From the NCBI RefSeq assembly GCF_964204645.1, contig NC_134026.1, forward strand, positions 1,759,950-1,823,949: a DNA stretch of 64,000 nucleotides, written 5' to 3'. Of this stretch, positions 45,403-60,332 are shown piece by piece (position 1 is the first letter of the stretch; the number at the start of each line of letters is the position of its first letter). This DNA comes from Tubulanus polymorphus (Eukaryota; Animalia; Nemertea). The position numbers and the translations under genes were made by a program. The notes under the pieces were generated by a model that was not told the DNA's origin, made no database searches, and was given only the letters and a program-made list of their open reading frames with translations.

Positions 45403-46138
45403 TGTATTGTCATTATAATGTATATGCCATTACATATATAAATGCGGTATTCCTGCAATATATATTTTTAATTGTATTAAAGCCTGTTTACGTTTTTCAC
45501 GCTGTTTTCGTTTTGAATACAAGCTGTGACATTTGTATACATTCCGATATATTTTATACATATGTAAGACTGTCATTTATATGCATGGTTTAAAAAAAAC
45601 AGAAATTTTGTCTTCCGCGTTTGGTCGTTTTTAATCAATAAGGTTAATGTTGCACGCGAATAAAATATTGTTACATATTTATGTGGATATGGGTAATATT
45701 TTAAAGGTTTATACCAGTTAAGTCCCTTATTTGAAATCTATTCCCAGGTACCATTTTAAGCCAGTTCAAATGATCTAGAATTTGAATACAGTTTACTGGG
45801 GGTGTGATAACATATATGATACTATTTTAATTCAATCTGTTGCTGATGTGAAAATACAGTTCATTTCTCAATATCACATGTATACAAATGATATCTAATA
45901 AAAGTTATGTCATCATAGAGTTGTTTGTTAGTAGTGAATCCCATCACCTTTTTTCTTTCGTTTGATGGATTGTTTTTTGGTGTTAGGCTCTGTGCTTAAT
46001 AGTGTCTGAGTCAGCCACCCTTGACTTCAAGGCAGCACCTTACGGTATGTGACGTCAGTCAGACAAGTCACTTCCTGACACAGTAGTTCCCAAAGAAAAG
46101 TTTGTTCATCTGATTTAAACAGATTTGTGTCAAATAAG

Positions 46139-47206
46139 ATGATGCGTCCAAATGGAAAAGATATACAGAAGCCTATGTTATTAGCTGATTTTGATGACAG
46201 CGCGTCTGAAGATGGAGAACTTGTCGAACATTTTTCTATGGCAAATTTGAACAAGAAATCTAGAACTCCGAATAAGAAAAAGTAAGTTTGAAGTAATGTC
46301 TGATCTCTGTTGAACAAGTGCAGTATAATCAGTTGGGAGACATCTAGTATCCCCCTGTTTGATAAGCAGTTATAGGTATGGTCCTGGTCCGTTTTAAATT
46401 TCGAGTAGAGACTTGATGATAATACATTAAAACTTAGTTTGTATAGTATTCGTGCTAGTATGACCTAGTTTGTATATCATGTCAAACACAACTGTGACAT
46501 GTCTGAAATTGTGAGCTCAGCCATATCGTATTATATTCCAGGTATAGGTTATTGACGAATAGGTAAGATGAGCTAAATAGCCATGAATTTATCCAAACCA
46601 CCTTTTTACCAGCCACATTATATCCATATCCATGTAAATCATCCTGTACCCCAGAAATCATTTTATCTTGAGACAGTGTGTTGCAGATAAACATCAAATA
46701 TTGCTTCAGCTTCCATTCCTGAAAGGATGCTTCACAAACTTATAACAGAAACTAACCAATGCTCCCATAGAAAAATTTAATGAAAAACAATTATTTTTTC
46801 AATCATTCGTAAATCTGGTGCAATTCTCTTTTTGTTATCGCTAATTAAATGGCATTATACATATATTAATTAAGAGAATAGATGATTACCAGGAAATAAT
46901 AGTCCTGAAATTACCATGCACTATAAAAGGTAATCAAAAAACCGATTTGGAAAAAACCCTTACAACCTAACTGAGAAAGATTTGTAGTTCATGAGGCAAA
47001 AATAAGAAAAACTGTATGGAATATAAGCAATATGAATCTGATTTTCAGGAATAAATCCAGCCCGAAACAATCAAACTGCTGTAGTATGCGAATGCTTTGT
47101 ACTGTGCTCTCATCACTGTTAGTTATCGCTTGTATCGGAGTTTTGTTCATACTTTGTTATATACTGATGGATGAAGTAAAGCACATTAAACAGTCTATGA
47201 TGAAAG
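46139..47206 (+). CDS. Alternative 5' coding module (2 exons: 46139-46281, 47049-47206) of the EFCAB14-like gene: cytosolic tail + TM helix
   Basis: MMRPNGKDIQKPMLLADFDDSASEDGELVEHF...KKK|NKSS...LCTVLSSLLVIACIGVLFILCYILMDEVKHIKQSMMK; ends in phase 1, compatible with the acceptor at 49183. Confidence 0.65.
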
Positions 47207-47812
47207 GTATGTACTGGTGGTGTGCAGTATAGGACGAGAGAACAGTGACTTATCTGTGTCAGTGAAACATCATATGTTTAGAGTAAAAACAAAAAATGTA
47301 GCCTAGCTGTATTTATGGCGTGCTTCATTTTACATCTAGTCTGGTTTGGTCTGACTTGTCTGGTTGAAACATTTGTTTTCAATTTCAATCATATGTTTTA
47401 AGGATTCTTTGCTGTTTTAAAAATAGAAATTTGAAATCAATGTCGGTTTTGGGATAAGGTCTTAAAGCAGTTTTAGGTTTATAGTCTAGGTTTACAGGTT
47501 CCGTTTTCTCTTCGGAGGTTCATTAATTGAGGCTTTAGTTAAGGTCTATTGAAGGATTCGACCCCTCTTATCCACTTGATTTGTAAACAAATACACGTGC
47601 GATTTTCGCGGCAGTGACGTCAATGTGATTTACAGACCAATCACTGGCGCGATGATATTTAGCCCGTTGCGTAGCGTGTTTACGGAAGTAAATCTAGATG
47701 AGATTTTGGAATTTCCAAAATTTCTTCCGATTTTAAGTCTCATATTACGCCGTTACCCTCCAAACTGGACGGCCAAACCCGCATCAATGTGGACTTTAAA
47801 CCAGCCAAGAAG

Positions 47813-50800
47813 ATGAAGAAGCGCCGCGAACTGGACGCGCTGGTCAGCAATGGAAAAACAACGAAGAGAACGAAATCATCGAAGAAACGGGGCCACGAAT
47901 TATTACGTTCTGAATCCGACTCGTCGGAAGAGGAATTCGCTCTACCTGCTCAAAAATCCGTGATACGAACGTATGTAAAATAGTAGTTGCTTTGAAACGA
48001 TTGAAATACGACCATAATGAGAAAGAAACACATTATAATATCTGATTTGAAACTCAGTAGAGAGTGAAGAATTATTCATACATGAACTACTGTGAAATTG
48101 AAGAAGATTGCATGACATCAGAGCAGCATTTATTTATTGATTTGATTTGATGAAACACTGTCACTGTATCCCTCACTCCTGTTACAGTTTTCAGATGAAA
48201 TAGTTGAATAGATATCGAAACCATTTCAAATATCCCTATTCACTATTTCATATTAGGTGTTGTGGATTTCTTCTTTCTTCGTCATCTGACCGCTATATCA
48301 CACGATATAGCATTTAGATAAACTGTTTTATTCAAATGGATGTGGTATTAGTGACCTGATCGTGGAAGATGGTTTAATTTTTAGGCGTGGTTCCTTTTGG
48401 AAATGCCCGTTGTGTTCAGTTTGCGTACCGATCTGCATTTTTATACTGGTGACTATCTGTTTGCTGTTGGCCGGTGCTTTAATTTGGATGCAGTTAAGTT
48501 TACGCAGAGATATTGAAATTCTAAGGCGTAAAGTGATATCAGGTAATTTTGTGGTTGATGTCGGGTATTTTTGGGTGTCGTATCTCAATCGGTATTTTGT
48601 CATTCACGTTGGTTTGTTTCTGTTATCTAGAAGGATGTTTATTTGTTATGAGATATGATGTTTACACTGACTGTGCCGTGATATGTTCTAGTTTTGATTG
48701 TTCTGTTACCGCTTTGTGTGACATGTGACGTGGCTATTTCATAATGCATTAAATGTATATAAAACTGATGAATTTGTGAATCTATTTTTCTGTCATTGAT
48801 CGTGTAAAGATATGTCGATAAATTCTGGCATTTGTTGAATTAAAATAGAAATTAATGTGAATTATCGACTTTTACTGAACCTGTTACTTTAGAGCCATGT
48901 TTATGAAACCACAACACATTATTAATCTATTGTCCTGCCAATGATCTTGTAAGGATATGTTGATATATTCAGGCATTTGTTTGACGGCTTGATGCGAAGT
49001 GGAAATAGATTTAAATGATTGCCTTTTACTGAACCTGTTACTTAAAAGCTTTTTGATTGGATGCAACTAAGCAACAGCTAGATATGGATGGGGGTGATAA
49101 AAGATATTTCTGTATTGATATTTTTATTGAAAATGCATAGTTTGTTGGTCAGGAGAGTCAACATACTTGTTTGTAATTTCAGTGCAATCCGGAAGTGAAA
49201 GTACTCCTGATCAGTTACAGTCGCTTCACACAAAAATAACTGAGATTACGAATTCAATCGAAGATGAGAAGAGTGGTCTAACCCCACTGTCTAATTCTAT
49301 CATCAATATCAATAAACAGGTAATATTCATCGATGTTTACTTACTGTGTCTCTGAAGATGGGATTTAGCGGAGAAAAATCTCGAAACAAACTAAATACAT
49401 GCATTGAAATATCATCATTGCGGGATCATTCATTTTCTTCATCGCTGTCACAATGCATTATTTTATTCATTATTCATCAATGTTGTGTATTCTTTTTCTT
49501 GTTCTTTACACACTGTAATGAACCCTACATTATACTACTCAATCAAATGTTTTTTTAGTTGAAGTTACTCAATTCTACTACAAAACAATTGTCTCAGGGT
49601 TTAGCCGCAGCCCCAGAGCTTAAAAATTTGCCGAAACAGTTCAAACAGATTACTAAGGTAATGTTGCCTGGCATTCATTCGTGTGGGCTTCTCTATATAC
49701 GCGGGTAATAGGCTTATATACAGTTAACTGAATATTAGAAATGTTGAGAATTTATTTTCAGGATATCGCGACTTTTGAAAATAATATAGCAACTGTCAAA
49801 GATGATATCAGCAAATTCAAATCACACACTAGTGCAAAGAATGTTGATGTTATCCATAAAATAGAGTCTTTAAAGGTTTGTAGTAATTTCATCCTCAGAC
49901 TTATCAAAAAATTTGGTGTCGATTTGAAAACTTTTGTATTTTCGTTTCAGAAAATTGTTGAAACGTTGAAGCAAAATCAAACCAAACCGTCGAAAAGCAA
50001 TAATGATAGATCAGCTGGAACTGAGAATCATCTTCAGAAAGACATCGATAAGATGAATGATGAACTGAAGAAAATGAATTCAACTTTTGATAAACATGTA
50101 TCTGTATTGACAGATTTAGTAGAAAAACAACAAGTTAGTTTCAATTGTAGTTTTTTACACATTCTTTAAATCGTTAATCTGATTCCTCTAATGTTTTATA
50201 TCCAACTTTTCACATTCATTCTTCTAGAAAATCTTGCAAAGTTTAGTTAACAATTCCAATTCAATGTCCGATCGTATTCATGAAGTAGAAAGTTGGCACG
50301 CCTCGAATCATGTGACAACCGCCAATCAAACAACGGTCAACGTAACTCGCATTGTGTCTGAAGTACTCGATAGATTGGTAAGTTTCTCGATTGTGCCTTG
50401 TTTGATTTAACGCCGTATGAAAAATATTGAATAGAATATCAAAAATATCATTCCAATTCTAGTCATCCATGAATAAAACACAGGAAAGTGATAAAGAAAC
50501 TCATGAAATGACGTACAACGATACTAGATTTTACTCGGCTGTCAATTCTGTTATCGATAAATATATGGTAAAAGAAAAACAGGTACGGAGTTTATCGCAA
50601 ACGTTTGTTTATACCCGGTCATCGATTTGATTTTGTCGGCTGATGTTTTTGTATATACGTATTGCAGATTTTGAATTTGAATATGTCCGAGTTTAACAGC
50701 TCGTTGCAGAGATTTAAGATGGCGATCAGTTCACAGCAAACGTCGCTTTTAGCTCTGAAAGAAGCGCAGCAACAGTTGACAGTACGAGTGAAGACTATTG

Positions 50801-52571
50801 ATAAAAGTAAGAATCTGGAGCAAATATATCGGATTCACGTGTTATGCGTGTGATTGTTTAATTGGGACCAATGAAATTCACCTGGTTTGAGACGATCTGC
50901 ATTAAACATCATATTTTACTAACATTTATATATAGATGGACCATAAGTCGATTTCTGGATCAAAATCCAGATTAATTAAACAGATTCAGATTAAGCCAGT
51001 TTGTGAACGTATTCTTATCAACAAAATGTTATGTTCATTTTCAGAATTGGACTCGAATAAACCGATGGGAGGTCTGTCTCATTTGAGTTTGGAAAACATT
51101 CGAACGAGGAAAGGTATTAATTTAAATGCACCAATCATTTACAGTTTACTGTATTCATTATTGTTTAATGTTTTTCAAAATCATTAGGAAAGATCTTTAT
51201 TTATAGATCTATCACAATTCGTTATTTATGTTGCTTTTGATGTGCCTTGTTTTAAAAGAATTACAGCAAAGACATTCGAGACATTATTAGCATGAAAAAT
51301 GTAATTCCAATAGTAGATTTATTTCTAGTAATAATGTTGTGTTGTATCATATATTTGTATTTTTCTGATTGTTGTAAACATATATTTGTTGTTATTACGT
51401 GTTTAGAGTTGCAGACTATGTTTAATGAATGGGACAGAGATCATGATGGCAAGATCAATGTTAGCGACATTAGAAATGTGAATTTGACCACTAAAAACCT
51501 GACGCAATATGATAAAGATAATGATGGCTACTTTACTATCAATGAAATTGCAAACGCGTTCAATTTGACTGCTGTTCCTAAGAATGAAACTTTGAATCCA
51601 TCGAATTTTTCAACAACTGCGTCTCCATCAACTTCATTTCCATCAACTGCATCTCAATCAGAATCCTCTTCACAGACAGCAACTCGAGGTATCATTTCCT
51701 TGTCCTGTTTGCACAGATAAATTCCCATTCTCCCTCGAGTATACAGGTATCAATCTGCAGCCTGGTTACTGATGACTCAAATCTTTATCAGCATTCTTTT
51801 CATCCAAACTTCAATATGATCATCCAAAAAATCCCCAAAAGAATTACTTACAAAATGTTGTGAGGTCCAGACTGCAGATTGATACATGTATGTGCAGAAT
51901 TGTCAGCAGTTATTGTAGACATGTGTTGTTTGTATTACAGGTATAAGGACTACGAGGGCATTAGCTAACCCTGATTTACCACCACTGTATAAAGTAGTCG
52001 TACCTGGTATTGAAAATAAAAGAGGTATGAAGTTCATCATCCTTTAACTTTCCATTCTACTACACAGTCTTTTCCTAATAACATATATATTGTACGTTGA
52101 ATTGTTCTTTATTTTCAGCATTAGAGAATGCTTTTGATCAATGGAAACCTTTCACTAGATTTGATAATTTTGTCACATATCACGATATAGAGCGAGACCT
52201 CGGCGCATTAACGCCTCCTAAGAGACTGTTCAAAATTTATGACTTGGATCATAATGATAAATATTCACTAGATGAACTGATGATGGCTTTTGGTCTGAAA
52301 GAATTACCGCAAGAATTGGCCCAAGGTACTGACAGTATTTGAATTTACCTCTCAATTGCCAGTCACTAGCAAGTGCTAGTTACTCACACATGGAAGTAAA
52401 GGACATGTTGTTTAAATGCTAAATCATCATCCAGATTACGCTTAGCTTTTCGTGATATTTCAATGGTTTTTGTGATTTTTTTCAGGTCGGACACAAATAA
52501 AAATGCAAAAAATACCACACAGACGTCGCAAGCGATCTATTTATCGATTACGTAATCGTATTCCATTATGA
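47813..52571 (+). CDS. EFCAB14: EF-hand calcium-binding domain-containing protein 14-like (type II membrane, coiled coil, EF-hands)
   Basis: MKKRRELDAL...HELLRSESDSSEEEF N-terminus, Cys-rich TM ending WMQLSLRRDI, coiled coil with AAPELKNLP, EF loops DRDHDGKINVSD, DKDNDGYFTINE, DLDHNDKYSLDE; TGA at 52569-52571. Confidence 0.85.
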
Positions 52572-54608
52572 TCACTGTCATGAAGCTTGAAGCCTTACCC
52601 ATTGTCAAACCGTTCCACACTGTTATCACTGTATAAATTGTGTCTACATAGTACATATAATGTCATCTCATGTTTGTTTCCAACGGCCATTGCAGAACAA
52701 ATTCGTTGTGATTGTTTTTCTCGAGAAAACAAGTCATTTGTCTATTGATTCTAGTGTTCAATTGTAGCTTTAATAATTATCTGATTTACTGTATCAGATA
52801 TGATATGGATCGTTATATGTTATAATAATGTATCGGGCTAGTAATTTCCCGGTAATGCGATCGAGTATTAAGTATTCTAGATGTTTTGTTGTCCTGCTGT
52901 TAATTATGACTGTATATCAGTCAGTAGTGTGTAATGAGTAATTTGTATAATTAGTTAGTTAAAATGATTGAAGGCCCAACAAATATTTCTGACGATTTTA
53001 GAATGATTACCTGTAACTATATGTATCCTGTAGTTCTATTAGAATCTTCAATAACTGCATTAGAAGTCTTGTGATGACTCTTATTCTGTATTTATCAAAT
53101 GGCATAATTTGTAAATTCTCAAGTCGAGGGCAGTCTCAATCAAGAGATTTTTGATAGAAAATTGTATTAATCTAGAGATTAATGTTAAAATGTTGTTATG
53201 AATAATAAGTTTTGCAGTCTTTGTTAGAACTTATTCATGTATGGTTATCTCATTATTTCATAGTAATCTCTTTGTTTCAAGTTACAACTGTTTGATTCAT
53301 TTCCAACATCATTTGCTTCTATTTGTCTTGCCTTGTGCATTTACCGCAAACATCAAAAACATCGCCCACATAATATACTAACGCAATATTCTCTTTTCGC
53401 AGTGGATTCTTCAGTTTGTTTTGCTTGAATACACATAGATGATTCTATCGTAGAACAGACATAAGTCTAATAGATGCTGGTTTGAGACCCGAGATTTCAA
53501 ATACCAATAGTATCTGAGCGAATCAAATATCTGATTTTATTTACGACGAACTGAGAAATTTGATTCTTCATCTTTTCATTCACTAATTTTATTTCACATT
53601 CTTATTCTTGGTGTTAAAATAGTTAAATTCCATGTCCAATCATTCCAATCTAACGCTTAAAGCATCTGGAACTGAATCAGAAACTGATGCAGAAATGATT
53701 TACTGGTTTGATGTAAACGTAACCGATGAATTATGTATCACTGTTGACTAATGTATCATTACATTCTTGTGTATATATTTTATGTACTAGTTTGTGAATA
53801 AATAAAATCAAAGGTGCCATTTTAAAAGCAATTGTTATTTATGATACGCTCTATGGAATTTAAGGAGGGACACAGTTAATGATATAGATATCTTTTCCGC
53901 CTGATTGACACTTGATATGGTATCAAATTTCTTTGAATTTGAACCTATATGGGCATCAGCTTCAATGCTAGCATCACCACTATCCCCGCATCATTTCTCC
54001 TTTAGCCTAAAAGACCGACGGAGTGTTTTAACAGGACATTTCATTCTACACCACAAGTTAAGCAGTTATCCAGTTGATTGGATCTGAATTATCTAATGTA
54101 CCATAAAGATTAAACTTCAACTAGGTATTTCTAGAAATCTAATTTATTTACAACTATTATTTTAAGTATCATGATTTAAATAAAAAACACTTACAACTAA
54201 AGAAGAAAATAAATCGCAATTCAAATGCCTGATTTAGAGAAATAGAGACATATCACTTATTTTATGTTTCATGATTTCTATATAATAATAATGAACTTGA
54301 ATAATTTGAATTCTTCAAACATTATGTTTTACGATACATTTGTACATGATTCAGCAATAAGAATTATTTATCAATATATAAAAGGAAAAGGCAGTTATGT
54401 TAAAGCAAATAATGATTACAAATCATTTAAATTAAACAAAAAATTTTTACAATGTAACAATGTATGGTTTTTTATGATTGAAGTATATTTTGTTATAAAT
54501 ATTCAATCTAGTTGAAGACTTATATAAAGAGAAAAACATTTGATCTTTTTTGCCCGCTTTCGTTGACTTCAAGTATTTGACATCAGCCTCGATCGTTTAA
54601 ATTCATTG

Positions 54609-57600
54609 TCATAGGTAAATCTTCCTCAAATCTGAAGGTGATGTTATCATGTTACATTGTGGACACAACTTTTTCGAACCCTAAAAAAACCAAAAATTCA
54701 TCATTATATCAGGTGCTGCCATCTTGTGTAGCTTACAGCAGACTGAAGAGACAAAACTTACAAGGGTTCTGAGCCAGCATTCCTCGCAATGAACGTGCCA
54801 ACAATGTACCGATACTAGTGGCACTGTATACTGGTCCTAAAAAACACAAATTCAATCATGCTTAATTTATAGCCACAAAACTAATCAAATAGTTATACGT
54901 AGCACTACAGTTACCCACCATGCATATAAGACACTTGTTTTTATCAGACTTTTTCAATGAATCTTCTTGCTGTCTTATCTTACTTTTCAAAGAATCGATA
55001 ATTTCTGAAGCAGCACTTCCACACGAAACTCTCTCATTAGCGCTGAAGATAAAAAAAAACAAACATAAAAGTCAGGGGTCACACAATATATGAGGAATGA
55101 AGTAAACAAGTGAAGAATACTGACCTACTGGTCGAAGGAACAGCATCGCCATTCTCTGAATTTAAAAGCGTTACTGATTGAGATAAATAACATGAAATAT
55201 GAATGTATAATATTGCGGAGGTATGGAGTTATAACTTACCACCTATAGACCATCTGTTCATGTCATTTCGCGGTGAATTTGATGAAACAGAATTAACTTC
55301 AGTTCGCATGTAAGCGCCGCGCAGTGCATCGCGCTCTTTTTCCTCGAGAGGTTCATCCAGATTACACGGTATTACATCTGCCTCACCGTATCTGAACGCG
55401 AACAGTCAAGGGATATTCGAAATGAAAAGTATAGTGAGATATTTGAAATGAAAGGTACTGTCAGGTATCGGAAATAAAGATTTGGTCGGGTATACCAGAA
55501 TGAAAGCACCGATGCATATCATACAATACTGTTGTTAACGGGCTATCCATATGAAGAATGCATGAAAATATGGCTTTACAGATAGAAGGTCCTACGTTTC
55601 AAAGCATAACTGGTATCAATGCATATAGTAAAATCAGAATTCATAAAAGTTCGACCATGTGAGGAAAATTTAGATACTTTATAAAACCTTCCTCCTTGAA
55701 TTAACATATTTTGTACGAGAGGGTGGTGATTATCACCAAACCACCCATCTGCTTACAGGGGAGATGACAATAACATGTTTATGCTGGTATTCTCAAGTAC
55801 ATACGTAGTAACACTGCGACCACTTGAAAAAATAACCAATTATCACATTTTTAGTAGATTGGAATTAAACAGCTGCTCAAAGTAAGATGGCACGAGAATC
55901 AAATACTGTAGTCGATATCAACGGTTCACAGATAACTGATTAATTGGTACAGACGCGCACATGTCTATATTCGTCATTTATTCCAATTAAACTCTTTGAA
56001 AGCGATTGATTCCACGGACTGTGTGTTTAACAAGTGGACTTTTTATCAATAGAAATCGATTCAATTTTTCAAAAATACTACAAGAATTTTTCGTTAATGA
56101 AAGGATACTGAGGTCGTCCGTAAACATCGCCGTCATCTCCATCAACGTCTAAATTAACATCGTCATCATCTTCACCTCGCGACGACGTTTTAAATCCAGA
56201 CGCTACAAAAAACGAACAGAACATAATTAATGAGTCACTTTGTTGACATTTCAAGCCAAATGGGCAATAAATTTAGATTTTCCATTTTTTGGACAAGGAT
56301 CCAGTAGTTGATTTGTTTTTAAGATGTACTAACAATTCATACTTAGACGGATCTTTTTTTTTAAGGGGATAAGGGATTGTGAAGCGACTATTGGTTTCTG
56401 TATTCTTACCTTTTAATCCGCCCTCTAACATGGATGAGGCTCGTATTCGAGTTTGTCCACACCACGTATATTCCTCATACTGTTCATCGCCCTCGATATC
56501 AACCAGTAATTCCTCTTCCTGTTCTCTCTACAAATAAATCATCTTCATTAAATACTAGAAAATCAACATTGCTACCGGTACATGATTCACCTGAACGGAG
56601 TGGACACTATGACCTTCCAACCTATCAATTACCACATCACGGACACAATAACGAAAAATTAAAAATTAAAACTGTTTTTAGAGGGACAGTAGAATTTGTT
56701 TCAGGGACAGCAATATGTTTTCAATGGCATCAAAAAAAATAAATAAAATAAAACGCCAGCAGGGACAGTGAGAGATTTTCATTTCCCTGTGGGGAAAAGC
56801 AGATTTACTAGGTGAAGTGAAACATATCGATTAACCGCGACGACACTATCTTAGGATTTCAGAATTCGGGGAAAGTATTTTACCTTTTTCAAGCACATAT
56901 CGACGTGATCACTGAGTTCTTCAGGAGTACCGGTTACTAGTTTATTACATACAGGACAAGTCGTCTCTTCCTGATGACGCTTTTTACGTCCGCGAATGCG
57001 GCCTACAAATTATTAACATACATCAGTGAACATTCTTCATTCTTGATATTGTTCATAAATAGAAGAGTGAGTATTCAAGTGTACTTACTGTTCAATCTGT
57101 TATTTCTATTAGCCTTCACTCTTTGATATGTCTGCGAAAAGAGTAACATTTTCTCGGATTAGAAAAAAGATCAATTATAAGGTGAAACAATGATGAGGAA
57201 ATACTATTTACATAACGCCAATTTCACTGATTCAATGTTCGAAGGCGCTTTAAATTAATCCAGTAAAAACGTATGTTGTTAGGAGTCTTATGAATTTTTC
57301 TGAATCGGGTTCATGATGAATATTTTCAGGTTTTCAATGCAAACATACCTCATGCCTCGATTGAGCCGCTACCTCCGGAGGAGGCGACTTGGACTTAGTA
57401 TTACTCGGACTAGGTAACAGCTGTAAATTAAAACCATTCGAAAATTTAAATCATTTTCAAACTTTACTGGTAACGAGACAATACCGGTAGAAAAATTCAA
57501 AGAGAAGACGTCTAGTTCTCCCGGGATAAACAGACCTTTCGACCGCCTAAAGGAGTTCCTTCCCTCGATGGCGTTCTCTTGGAATTCTTTAGACTAGAAA

Positions 57601-60332
57601 ACAAAGAAAGTCGCGCTTGAAATCAGCGGAACTAGAACAGAGTGACAATACACATATACATGTATACGTAATACGGTAATAGTGCGCTGTTTTTAATCAA
57701 CTGACTGAAAATGACAACATGTAATTTAAAGGAGGGAGTGAGGATAGAGAAGACAAACGATGTAGGAGGGGATATTTACACTGATGAACCAAACCCTCAA
57801 TCACTGATCAACCGTCACTATAAGATTTAGTGCTGGACGACATGATCCGAATACTACAACAAAAACGACTACCGCTTTTAAACCAGACCCAGCAAAACCA
57901 TTCAAGTCTATTTACCATAATTCAACTATTTCCAAAACAAGAAAATTAACTTTAACAAAGTTTATCGACGCCTTGGAACGTAAGATATGTTGCTTAATAT
58001 TGTCAATAATGAAATAACAGAAAAGACTTAACAGAAGCAGGATTCAAGCGTGTCTGCGGCGAGTCTCGATCATAAATATATACGAGTTGTTTCATTGTAA
58101 ACAGTATTGTGTTCGTTATCATTCGAATCAATCGTGAATTAACAAGAGAATTTTCTACGCGTTTCTAATCAAGCTAATCAAAGTTAATTACAACCCGAGG
58201 TCGAGATTCATCATGTTTTATGGGTCTGAATGTGGCAGCAGTTGACATAACCTTAATCAAGAAACATCATTAGATCAGTTCTACGCGGCTGGGGTTAAAT
58301 TTGCGATTTTTAACTTTCCCCTACGGATCGGTCGTTCCTCAGTATTAGTTTTCGAGGAGAAACTTCAAATTTTTTATAGGAATATCCCAATAGTAGACAT
58401 TCGACTCCTCCTAAATCAGTACCGATTATCTCGGTAAACCGTTAATTCAATGGTTTTGTAAGCAATTAAACTCAGTTTCTAATTCGGTAACCGCCTACTT
58501 GGGTAAAAATCCTGGTTCTAACAAAATAATTTTAGGTGCAGTCTACTGTACAACTAAAACATTTCTAAATTGCCTTTTTCTTATAAATTGAAAGAGTTTT
58601 AAAGAAGTTTCGGACATTTTTGCCCAAATTAAAGGAGTTTTAAGCAGCACCTTCGAAAGCATTTCCTATTTAGGAGTTTCTATGGAATCAAGGACGAGTA
58701 GGGGACCCAGTGAAATATCGCTTTCTACTGTTATTAAACCATGTAATATTTTGATCGCGTATTGATAGAATTGTCGATGGTTTCAATATTGAAATCGCGT
58801 GGTCTAAATTCGGGTTAAACTGAAGTGAACAACTATTAACACAGGTGTTTATTAAGAATAGAAATATTGGATTTTTTACAATATTGGATAATAATAAATA
58901 ACTACAAAGAACCAATTCTCGATAAATGTAAGGTAATTAGGATGTGAATTGAAGTATCTAACAAACTAAAAATCTAATTATCAGATAAGAGTTTATATAC
59001 AGTGTATGATCTAATAAACCAGAATCTTACACATCAGGCGATCAAAAATTCCCTGATTTTTCCCTAACCCTTGACCAAAAATTCCCTGATTGAATTCTAA
59101 GATATCCTCAGCAGGGGCTTTTTCTTATAAAGAAGACACCAAATTCAAATTCCCTGATTTTTAAGAATCAAGATTTCCCTGAATTTCCACGCGAAGAAAA
59201 ATAAATCCGCTATTCCCTGATTTTGCCTATTTTGTTAGAAGCCATATTATAAATAGCTCAAAGACAAAAATGAAGATGTCAGTTGAATAATGTTGTGTTT
59301 ATTCCAGCGCAGGCTTCACTGTTCTCGCAGTTCTGACAATGATTGCGAAATAATGGGCTCCGTGAAACTCTGCTAAAAGCTTAGTGAAATATGGACCGGT
59401 TCAGTTCATATTTTACAAGTCCTGCCACCCAGAAGCGCAAAAATATCCAACAGATGCCGAACAGATCGCTATATATATATATAGTGTCTTATACGCCGAA
59501 TCTAAAAATTCTTCGCGAAGTAGAAATTGTCAGGAGTTGTTTCTACTAGATCAGTTAATATCAATTATACACCTCGCGTACGCTTAGAATTCCAATTCGT
59601 GAAAAGTAATCTCGCGAAAAAACAAAGAGCGGATTGACGGATAGATTGCAGGAGAATCCCTCCAGTACGATAACTGACATTAAATAAAATTACCAGAGAC
59701 TAACGTTAAACTTTGATTGCGACGAGGATTCGCGTCGGTAATTCGCGAGCTCGATGCTATCAATGTCGCCTAATCCTCTCTAACTTCTTTCACGATCCGC
59801 GTCGAGCAACTTATCATATAATAATCAAATTTCATCAAAGCTAAATAATCTGTAATTTGTCTCGTCGACTGATTCATAGTGACTAGTAAAGCCTGGCGAT
59901 GATAGCTCAGGTTCTATAAAACACGCAGTAATTGGCCTGGATCAAAATGGCTATAGATTCTGATGTGATGCATAAAAAGCCGACAAATTTCCCATTTATG
60001 CTAGCGATCTGTATGCTCTTGACCTTTTCTCTATCAGTTCTGACAATCTTGATTTGTGAACTAGTGTCATCAGGCGATCGTTAGACGTTGTTTTCAGTGA
60101 TAGAGTGTAAAGCTCGGACTTTAAGAGTATTATAGCGCGGCTCGACGCCAGATCAAAATCTACTCAGGTTGCTATTAGCGACAGATCAGCCAATCACTTT
60201 ACCTGGTAATTTTCTCGAGCTTTTCCAGTTCGCTCGTGAAATGACTTTCCACTTCGCCGATTCGTAAAGTTAAACCGCACACGGGACAACACGGGAACTG
60301 ACCGTCGACGATAAACTTCTTACGAATGGATC
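54609..60332 (-). CDS. RNF220: E3 ubiquitin ligase RNF220, 3' exons (5' coding exons not found, probably beyond the window)
   Basis: CCPVCGLTLRIGEVESHFTSEL, YEEYTWCGQTRIRAS, PQYGEADVI, KCLICM...CWHVHCEECWLRTLGSKKLCPQCNMITSPSDLRKIYL*. Confidence 0.92.
55392..56108 (-). other. U12-type (minor spliceosome) GT-AG intron in RNF220
   Basis: Donor GTATCCTTT at 56108; branch site TCCCTTGAC ending 13 nt before the exon; no strong polypyrimidine tract. Confidence 0.88.
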
